The position numbers were made by a program, and so were the translations under genes. This document shows, one piece after another, positions 57,425 through 64,000 of a stretch of 64,000 bases of DNA. The DNA is taken from positions 1 to 64,000 of IMG/VR virus record IMGVR_UViG_3300017917_002374; one strand, written 5' to 3'. How positions within the stretch are numbered: position 1 is the first letter of the stretch; each line of letters opens with the position of its first letter. Under the pieces are notes generated by a model that worked only from the letters and a program-made list of their open reading frames with translations, searched no databases and was not told the DNA's origin.

Positions 57425-57933
57425 GTTGGTTAGAACAGATCAAGTCAGGACTTCCTGACTACGCAAAAGATACTAAATTAAATTTAGATGCTGTGATACT
57501 TCGCAGTACCTTGGATCCAGTTGAGGCAAACGCTGTTGCATTAGCAGCGGCCATGGCTACAGGCAATGGCAAGTTGGTGACCTTTATTCAAAGCAACATT
57601 GAAGATGCCAAGGAACGTGATGCTGCCCTGACAGCGGCCGCTATCATGGCGCAGAACAATGTATGGTATCCGTATGTTGAAATGACCGACGATGAAAATC
57701 TCAAAGGCTTGCCTGCGCAACTGCGTATGAACGCCATTGCCAGCCATGGTGGTACAACCAAGGCTCGTTTTGAAGCATATAGTCTTGCTGCCAGCATTGT
57801 GGGCAAGTGTCATTTCTGTGTGAAAGCGCACTATGAAACTCTCAAACAGGAAGGCTACACAGTTGAACATCTTCGTGACATTGGACGTATTGCAGCCGTA
57901 ATCACCAGTGTGGCTAGAGTGCTGAATTCCTAA
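57421..57933 (+). CDS. ahpD: Alkyl hydroperoxidase AhpD
   Basis: LPDYAKD.KLNL, MAQNNVWY, LRMN, GKCHFCV.AH. Confidence 0.93.
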   Translation: MSWLEQIKSGLPDYAKDTKLNLDAVILRSTLDPVEANAVALAAAMATGNGKLVTFIQSNIEDAKERDAALTAAAIMAQNNVWYPYVEMTDDENLKGLPAQLRMNAIASHGGTTKARFEAYSLAASIVGKCHFCVKAHYETLKQEGYTVEHLRDIGRIAAVITSVARVLNS

Positions 57934-58046
57934 AGAAAATCACGAGTACAAAATCATGATGTACTGGATACGAAATGTCCAAAATTCATCGTATAATTCA
58001 GATACATACTGTTGCAGTATGTTAATTTTAATCAAGGAGAAATAAC

Positions 58047-58121
58047 ATGGCATGGACTACACCTCAAGCAACCGACCTTCGGTACGGTTTTGAAATTTCA
58101 ATGTATATCGCCAACCGCTAA
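58047..58121 (+). CDS. pqqA: Coenzyme PQQ precursor peptide MAWTTPQATDLRYGFEISMYIANR (not in ORF track)
   Basis: 24 aa; W..P...DLR.GFE...YI.NR with the ExxxY core; SD aaggag. Confidence 0.93.
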   Translation: MAWTTPQATDLRYGFEISMYIANR

Positions 58122-58139
58122 TATACATTTGAAATAAAG

Positions 58140-58616
58140 TTAGCCCTCTTGTAGGGCTTTCTTTTTGGCTCTTGTTTCTGCAAGAGTGCGTCTAATTTTT
58201 TCTCTGGTTTCTTCTGTTACGGCATGTCCTTTTCTAGATGCTGCCCAATTGGCTAAATGCTCGGGAGATTTAGTTTTACCTTTATGAGATTCAGATCGTT
58301 TCTTATTTGCGTTAAGCAAGGTACCATCAGCTCGTTGTCGTTCAGTTCGTTTGGTACATGCTTCTTTCATTTTAGCAATGGCTTCGGGTGTGTGTTTCTT
58401 GCCTTTCATCCCCATACCTTGTTTCATCCTTAACATTTCTTCTTGTCCTATTCTTTTAGAAAGTGCAAGCCAAGCAATTTTATCTTGTATATTTCCATGC
58501 TGCTCGTACAATACACGATGAGCTTCCGCATGCTCCTCTACTGTAAGCTCTACTAGATTACTCGGATCGTCTGTGCCGCCCATGTATTTGGGTATGATAT
58601 GGTGTATGTGTTTCAT
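58140..58616 (-). mobile_element. Free-standing HNH homing endonuclease with NUMOD3-type tail
   Basis: HHIIPKYMGGTDDPSNLV..EEHAEAH; GKKHTPE, GKTKSPEH, VTEETREKI; likely start MKHIH at 58616. Confidence 0.85.
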
Positions 58617-58733
58617 GTAATTATTTAGCAATCGTGACTTCAAAACCTAGTGTTAAAAAATCAAGATCTTTTTGGTTGACCATTTTGTTCACATGCACTA
58701 CAATACAAGCTCTATCACTTGATTCTCACAATT

Positions 58734-59186
58734 ATGACTTTGCTAATTCTAGTTTTGATCTTTGCTGCGATCATACGCTGGTACGAAACCAACGAATATT
58801 TTTGGATACTAGCGTGGCCGGGCACTATCATGCATGAACTGCTACATGCCGTGGTTGGATTTGTGATGTTGGCACAGCCCAGCAATTTCAGCATTCTACC
58901 TCGCCGCACAGAATTTGGTATGGAATTGGGCAGTGTGGGATTTGATAACCTCACCTGGTACAATAAACTGCCCATTGCAGTGGCGCCGTTGCTGGCTATA
59001 CCCATTGTTTTTATTGCAACTAATAGTATTACATTTTCAACAACTGTTACAGGATTTGCAACTGTTTGGATTCTAGCAAGCATGTTGAGCCAGTGTATGC
59101 CCAGCAAACAGGACTGGCAAGTTGGGTTCAGTAGCCCTGTGGGTGTAGCAGCCTGGGCAGGTGTTGCATATTTGCTAATTCGCTAA
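58734..59186 (+). CDS. Membrane zinc metalloprotease (M50B-like)
   Basis: PGTIMHELLH, APL, PSKQD, TM helices; promoter TTGACC(58676)-17-TACAAT. Confidence 0.7.
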   Translation: MTLLILVLIFAAIIRWYETNEYFWILAWPGTIMHELLHAVVGFVMLAQPSNFSILPRRTEFGMELGSVGFDNLTWYNKLPIAVAPLLAIPIVFIATNSITFSTTVTGFATVWILASMLSQCMPSKQDWQVGFSSPVGVAAWAGVAYLLIR

Positions 59187-59187
59187 C

Positions 59188-59244
59188 GGTTGACCAAAAA
59201 TACCCATTTTGCTATACTATAGGCATACGTTAACAAAAAGGAGC
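59188..59244 (+). promoter_or_regulatory. Repeated early promoter-leader-SD cassette
   Basis: Identical to 47855-47911. Confidence 0.9.
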
Positions 59245-59249
59245 GATAA

Positions 59250-59573
59250 ATGGCCAAACTGCTGATCACCACCCAAGTGTTTGAAAACTATGCCTGGCGC
59301 GAAGATGGCACTCTGGGCACAGGTGCTGATGCCTACTGGAAGGCCAAAGGCGGCAACGACTACGTGGTCAAGAATTTCAAGGGCAATGAGCAGGATGCCA
59401 CTGTGGCTGTGATGGCCCTGCGTGAGCAGATTGAACAGGCCAACGACGGCTACATGGAGCACATTGTTGATTTTACTATTGTGGCTGACGACCACCTTAC
59501 CGAGTTTGAGCGTAGCCAACTGGAGTACGAGGGCTGTATTACATTTCCTGCAACAGAATTGCAATTTGCCTAA
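59250..59573 (+). CDS. Small early hypothetical protein
   Basis: ENY..YWKAKGG..FERSQLEYEG. Confidence 0.7.
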   Translation: MAKLLITTQVFENYAWREDGTLGTGADAYWKAKGGNDYVVKNFKGNEQDATVAVMALREQIEQANDGYMEHIVDFTIVADDHLTEFERSQLEYEGCITFPATELQFA

Positions 59574-59575
59574 CA

Positions 59576-59631
59576 GTTGACCAAAAAGATCCGTTTTGCT
59601 ATAATATAGGCATACGTTAACAAATAGGAGC
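59576..59631 (+). promoter_or_regulatory. Repeated early cassette
   Basis: TTGACC(59577)-17-TATAAT-ataggcatacgttaacaaatAGGAG. Confidence 0.88.
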
Positions 59632-59635
59632 TCAT

Positions 59636-59872
59636 ATGATACTAGCAGACACTGTTACAACTCTTACAACCATGACCCCAAAGAGCCTGGCTAAAACGCT
59701 GGACACCAGTGGTTACAAAGATTGCAAGTTTGACACCGCTAAATTTTTGGGCTTGACCAACGGTAAGCAATTCTGCTACTCTGTGACTTTTGTTGAAGAC
59801 GGACAGGTGCAGACCAGCAAGGTGTTTGTGCGTTACGATTCTGCTACGGGCTTTATCACTGCTGATTTCTAA
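59636..59872 (+). CDS. Small early hypothetical protein
   Basis: Follows the cassette. Confidence 0.7.
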   Translation: MILADTVTTLTTMTPKSLAKTLDTSGYKDCKFDTAKFLGLTNGKQFCYSVTFVEDGQVQTSKVFVRYDSATGFITADF

Positions 59873-59875
59873 AAC

Positions 59876-59931
59876 GGTTGACCAAAAATACCCATTTTGT
59901 TATAATGTTGTTATCGTAACTGATAAGGAGC
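59876..59931 (+). promoter_or_regulatory. Early cassette with variant leader
   Basis: TTGACC(59878)-aaaaatacccattttgt-TATAAT; SD aaggag. Confidence 0.85.
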
Positions 59932-59937
59932 TCACAA

Positions 59938-60321
59938 ATGGCTTATATTTCCGCTCAAGATGTTGCAGCAATTCGCGCAGAACTCAAGCAATCCTTTCCT
60001 GGTTGGAAGTTTAGTGTTCGCAAAGGCTCAGGCTCGTTGAGTGTGGATGTTACTATCCTGCAAGGTGATGTGGACTTTAGCGAGAACTTGGACCACGGCT
60101 ATTGCCAGGTGAACCAGTATTGGATCAATGATCATTGGACCAATCCAGCGGCTCGTGATGCACTCACCCGTATCAATGATATCATGCACCATGCACCGGG
60201 TCGTGCAGGTGGCAAGAAATACTTTGATGAAAGTGACGCCATGACCGATTACTTTCACACTGCATTCTACACTCATCTGAGCATTGGTGACTGGCGCAAA
60301 GAATACGCACTGGTGAAATAA
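59938..60321 (+). CDS. LPD29-like protein
   Basis: IRAELKQSFPGWKFSVR...FDESDAMTDYF. Confidence 0.65.
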   Translation: MAYISAQDVAAIRAELKQSFPGWKFSVRKGSGSLSVDVTILQGDVDFSENLDHGYCQVNQYWINDHWTNPAARDALTRINDIMHHAPGRAGGKKYFDESDAMTDYFHTAFYTHLSIGDWRKEYALVK

Positions 60322-60322
60322 C

Positions 60323-60508
60323 ATGACACCAGACTACTCACCCAAACAATATTATATCGTGAATCAAACCAATCTGCGCCGTGAAGCAATTGATGCACTG
60401 CTACAAGAACTTCATGCGCAACACGAACAGATGATAGAGCAGGCGCTGGCATACAGCGACATGCAACAAGCACGTGATGTGATCAAATGGATACAGGAGA
60501 AATCGTGA
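60323..60508 (+). CDS. Hypothetical protein
   Basis: Tightly packed ORF. Confidence 0.5.
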   Translation: MTPDYSPKQYYIVNQTNLRREAIDALLQELHAQHEQMIEQALAYSDMQQARDVIKWIQEKS

Positions 60509-60738
60509 TGCAGTTGGAATTTGAAAATATCCAAAGCGCAGGTTTTCAAGGCAATGGCTTATACAGCGAGAATCTCATGAATGAAGTGTATGCGCGAGTC
60601 ACTGAACTGGAAGAAATCGTAGAACTGTTAGATCTCTCTCCTTCCGTTCGTGCCAACATACAGTACGAACTGAATCGTTGGACCAGTGTGATAGAGGACG
60701 AACTGGACCGTGCTGCTCAACAGATGAGGACCAAGTGA
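60508..60738 (+). CDS. Hypothetical protein
   Basis: TGATG coupling. Confidence 0.5.
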   Translation: MQLEFENIQSAGFQGNGLYSENLMNEVYARVTELEEIVELLDLSPSVRANIQYELNRWTSVIEDELDRAAQQMRTK

Positions 60739-60923
60739 TGAGTATCACACTAGATGGTGAAACTGCGGATCGTATCACTGCACTTACACTTGCAGAGCAT
60801 CGTGAGTTCATGGTAGAACAGTTGGACAACGAGGCATTGCATGACGAAGACCGTGGCAGATACACTCGCTATATCAAGGCCATTGATACCTTGCTAGGCG
60901 AATACTTTGAGGTGCCGCGATGA
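60738..60923 (+). CDS. Hypothetical protein
   Basis: TGATG coupling; MSITLDGETADRIT. Confidence 0.55.
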   Translation: MSITLDGETADRITALTLAEHREFMVEQLDNEALHDEDRGRYTRYIKAIDTLLGEYFEVPR

Positions 60924-61282
60924 AATACTTTCAAGAAGTAACAGAATGGAGCGACGGCTCTAATGCCAATCACATCTATCTGCTAGACGACAGCAAAGGC
61001 AAAATGTATGCGTATGTACCCAAGGACACAGATCAATTGGTTCAGTTCAAAAACCCAATCAAAATTGACATCCGTGGACGCAAATTCAAGCCGGTGGCCG
61101 CTAGGTGGCACTACGTTGGTGCAGACGAGCCCAAGTTGGGGCCAAAAGAAAAACACGTGGTCAAAGGCAGCAACGGAAACGAGTACGTGGTGGAAAAAGT
61201 AGACAGCATATATACTTGCACCTGCCCGGGCTACAAATACCGAGGCGATTGTAAACATGTTAAGGAGTTTGGTAGTGAATAA
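60920..61282 (+). CDS. SWIM zinc-finger protein
   Basis: CTCPGYKYRGDCKH. Confidence 0.8.
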   Translation: MKYFQEVTEWSDGSNANHIYLLDDSKGKMYAYVPKDTDQLVQFKNPIKIDIRGRKFKPVAARWHYVGADEPKLGPKEKHVVKGSNGNEYVVEKVDSIYTCTCPGYKYRGDCKHVKEFGSE

Positions 61283-62600
61283 ACAGAATGCACCCTGGGA
61301 TGTGATTGCTAGGCTAGAAGCTGATAACAGTCGTCTGGCCAAAGAGCAAATCATTCGTGTGGAAGCAGAAGCTGGTAACACAGAATTTTTTCGTGGCTGC
61401 CGTGCTGCGCTGGACAGCATGATCACCTATGGTGTTAAACAAGTAGAACCCAAATCTGGTGATGGTAAAGGATTGCGATCTGAAACCTTTTGGCGTATTG
61501 CACAGGAACTGGCCGAGCGTCAGCTCACAGGCAATCAAGCCTTGTTCACCATCAACACCTTGCGAGCACAAGCCACCGAAGCCGAATGGAATCTTTGGTA
61601 TCGTCGCATACTGATCAAAGACCTGCGTTGTGGTGTAAGCGAAAAAACAATCAACGGTGTGGTGAAAGATATCCGTGAAGATTATTCCGTTCCTGTTTTT
61701 ACTTGCCAGCTGGCTCACGATGGAGCTAATCACGAATCCAAAATCACCGGTGAGAAACTGGTGGAAGTCAAGCTGGACGGAGTTAGGGTTGTGGCTGTCG
61801 TGTATCCTAGTGGTGTTGTCAATCTTTTCAGCCGCAATGGTAAAGAGCTGAACAACTTTCCGCACATTGAAAAACAGTTGAGCAAACATGCAGTGCTGTT
61901 TGCAGAACCCACTGTGCTGGACGGAGAGATCATGAGTGCCAGCTTTCAGGATCTAATGAAGCAGGTGCATCGCAAGGACAATGTGCAGGCCAATGATGCT
62001 GTGCTTCATCTATTTGACATGCTGACCTTGCGTGAGTTTCAAGCAGGACGCGGAGAACATAGACAGATTGATCGCAGTTATACTCTGCAGGCCTGGCATA
62101 GTCACATCAAAGACCATATGCCCAACGTGACCACTGTGGGATGGGAACTGGTAGATCTACGTGAAGCTGCTGGCCAAGCTCGCTTTGCTGAGATCAATAA
62201 TCTGGCTATACGTCGTGGTTATGAAGGCATTATGATCAAGGATCCAGAGTCTGTTTACGAATGTAAACGCAGCACTGCCTGGCTCAAGCAAAAGCCTTTT
62301 ATTGAAGTCAGCCTTACTGTGGTTGGACTGGAAGAAGGTACAGGCAAGAATGCTGGACGTCTTGGTGCTCTAATCGTGGAAGGCGAAGACGACGGTAAGT
62401 TCATCCGTACCAATGTGGGTTCAGGACTGACCGATGCTATGCGCGAAGAGATCTGGGCAAATCAAAATGGTGTGCTTGGGCAGATTGTGGAAGTGCGAGC
62501 AGATGCTGCCACACAGAATCAAGACAGTAACGGAGAGTGGAGTCTACGTTTTCCACGTTTCAAAGGCTTTCGTGGATTTGGTGCAGGTGAAAAATTGTAG
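61275..62600 (+). CDS. ATP-dependent DNA ligase
   Basis: EVKLDGVR, LDGEI, FDML, EGIMIK, WLKQK, VGSG, SLRFP; GTG start after aaggag. Confidence 0.95.
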   Translation: MNKQNAPWDVIARLEADNSRLAKEQIIRVEAEAGNTEFFRGCRAALDSMITYGVKQVEPKSGDGKGLRSETFWRIAQELAERQLTGNQALFTINTLRAQATEAEWNLWYRRILIKDLRCGVSEKTINGVVKDIREDYSVPVFTCQLAHDGANHESKITGEKLVEVKLDGVRVVAVVYPSGVVNLFSRNGKELNNFPHIEKQLSKHAVLFAEPTVLDGEIMSASFQDLMKQVHRKDNVQANDAVLHLFDMLTLREFQAGRGEHRQIDRSYTLQAWHSHIKDHMPNVTTVGWELVDLREAAGQARFAEINNLAIRRGYEGIMIKDPESVYECKRSTAWLKQKPFIEVSLTVVGLEEGTGKNAGRLGALIVEGEDDGKFIRTNVGSGLTDAMREEIWANQNGVLGQIVEVRADAATQNQDSNGEWSLRFPRFKGFRGFGAGEKL

Positions 62601-62911
62601 ATACCATGGCCGAGATCATACCGTTTCCTGGACGCAAACAAATTGACTCGGTAGAGCTGGCACGATTACGAGCCAAACTATTAGAGCTGCATGATTGCAG
62701 AGAAGCCATACAAAGAGAAATAAGACTGACCAAGGACCTTATTAGACTGTACGAAAGCGGTGAGAGCAAATGACTAGATTAATCATAATTTTTTGTTGTG
62801 CAACACTAACAGGTTGTGCTATAGTAAAAGATGCTCGCAACGAACTGCGAAAAGAGGTAGTGGGATTCAAAGACAACTGGGATCGCTATGTACTCAAAAA
62901 GGATGCTGTAA

Positions 62912-63217
62912 ATGAACGAACGAATTAAAGAACTAGAAAAACAATGCTGGAGTCATCGAGTTAATGGTACTCTAGTAGACGGGCAATTACATTTTGATAC
63001 AAAAAAGTTCGCCGAGTTAATAGCCGAGTATTGTGCCCAATTATGTGGAAGTCAAGCAGATAAGAAAAACATTCGCAATGCGTTTGGAATATCTGTTGGC
63101 AGCGATGTAAAATATCCTGGACCAGAAGCACACAACAGCGTGGTATCACAATACACAAGAGAATACAATATACCTAAAGTCTTGACATTAGATAAAGATG
63201 ATAGCAAAATAGTGTAG
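62912..63217 (+). CDS. Hypothetical protein (MNERIKEL..KFAELI family)
   Basis: N-terminal pattern common in phages. Confidence 0.6.
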   Translation: MNERIKELEKQCWSHRVNGTLVDGQLHFDTKKFAELIAEYCAQLCGSQADKKNIRNAFGISVGSDVKYPGPEAHNSVVSQYTREYNIPKVLTLDKDDSKIV

Positions 63218-63510
63218 GAGACATTTTTATGAAACTAGGAATTATAGTACTAGGTTTATTTGTTTTGATAGGCTTGTTTTTGTTTGTTTGGTATCATATT
63301 GAACGCATGCAAGACGAGCTTGAACAAATAAATCATTTGGATCATAAGGACCAAACATGATAGCAGAAATGATTATCTGGGGATTTTTTAGTGCGTGTGG
63401 ATGGCTCACCGCCAACTGGATCAAAGAAGAAATATGGCCTGAACCGCCTGCTCAACAGCAACCTGCAGAAAAAGCCGAGCAAGGAGTAAATACCAAAAAG
63501 GCCACTTCAA

Positions 63511-63723
63511 ATGACCCAGGACGATAAAGAAATCAAAGCACAGTTAAAGAAACTTAAACCCAAGAAAAAGTTAGCAGTGCCCGCAGAGTTTTTGGACAAT
63601 GCCAAAAGCTACGAAGACAAATTGGGATTGGTACAAGTGTTAACAGAAAAAGAAAAAGGCCGTGTGCTGTTGATCATCAAAAGCATGCTAGCCGATGCAG
63701 TTAAATCAAGAAATCGTAAATGA
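63511..63723 (+). CDS. Basic hypothetical protein
   Basis: TAAATA upstream. Confidence 0.55.
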   Translation: MTQDDKEIKAQLKKLKPKKKLAVPAEFLDNAKSYEDKLGLVQVLTEKEKGRVLLIIKSMLADAVKSRNRK

Positions 63724-63947
63724 AAAAGAAAAGAGAACTTGCTGCCAGCAGAGAAGATGATTCAGGCACTGTGATTTTTCGTGCCGGCAACTGGTTAGAT
63801 GATGACAGCGAAATGTTGAAAATTGCCAAGGACGGTTTTTGGGTTAGAGGTGTGAAAGTACCACAAGACGAACGTGAAGCCCAGCATGTGTACAGTGCAT
63901 TTAAAGAATGGTTGACCTGGTCAGCCTTGTCAAGGAAAAATCAATGA
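63720..63947 (+). CDS. Hypothetical protein
   Basis: Overlap-coupled ORF. Confidence 0.5.
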   Translation: MKKKRELAASREDDSGTVIFRAGNWLDDDSEMLKIAKDGFWVRGVKVPQDEREAQHVYSAFKEWLTWSALSRKNQ

Positions 63948-64000
63948 GTGTAACCAATCAAAATGTAAAACGCATAGGCCAAGAAGTTGGCATATACATG

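Noticed and set aside
51059-57933. Host chromosomal contamination (pstS, ahpC, ahpD)
   Set aside because: These genes are interleaved with phage-type hypotheticals, TAAATA motifs and an HNH gene, and the pstCAB partners are absent
41697-59931. 57-nt repeats as a CRISPR array
   Set aside because: They are dispersed, contain -35/-10/SD elements and are separated by whole genes; no cas genes are present
1849-63424. Many short overlapping or antisense ORFs in the track
   Set aside because: They lie inside well-supported genes and have no SD, promoter or motif
1-64000. Stop-codon reassignment, as in some large phages
   Set aside because: Recognisable genes are full-length in the standard code, and TAA, TAG and TGA all end genes at expected places

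Overview
A 64-kb segment of a large T4-like ('jumbo/huge') tailed-phage genome. It is densely coding, almost entirely on the + strand, and reads cleanly in the standard genetic code. The host-type genes (ahpC/ahpD, pstS, pqqA, clpP/X/S) suggest a proteobacterial host, probably Betaproteobacteria (inference). Left part: nrdA/nrdB/glutaredoxin, PAAR and other likely virion proteins, a SleB-type hydrolase, a protein strongly resembling eukaryotic ubiquitin, and a clpX-rpsU(bS21)-hsp20-clpS block. Middle part (27.3-41.3 kb), the most unusual region: a late-promoter cluster of long modular proteins. They begin with T4 capsid-targeting-like N-termini and are divided into ~60-130 aa modules by 17 copies of a hydrophobic-x-Glu + acidic 'DDD(E)LF' linker. 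This looks like an array of head-packaged polyproteins that release many identically tagged effector modules; one module carries a cryptic Tat signal. Right part: repeated early-promoter cassettes, rIIA/rIIB, a circularly permuted two-piece tmRNA with a 33-codon tag, pstS plus porin with a Pho box, ahpC-ahpD with an OxyR-like box, a stand-alone pqqA, an HNH endonuclease and DNA ligase. Several short genes missing from the ORF track were found by reading the DNA: pqqA, an ArfA-like ORF and an apidaecin-like Pro-rich peptide. All calls come from motif recognition by eye; no database searches were run.
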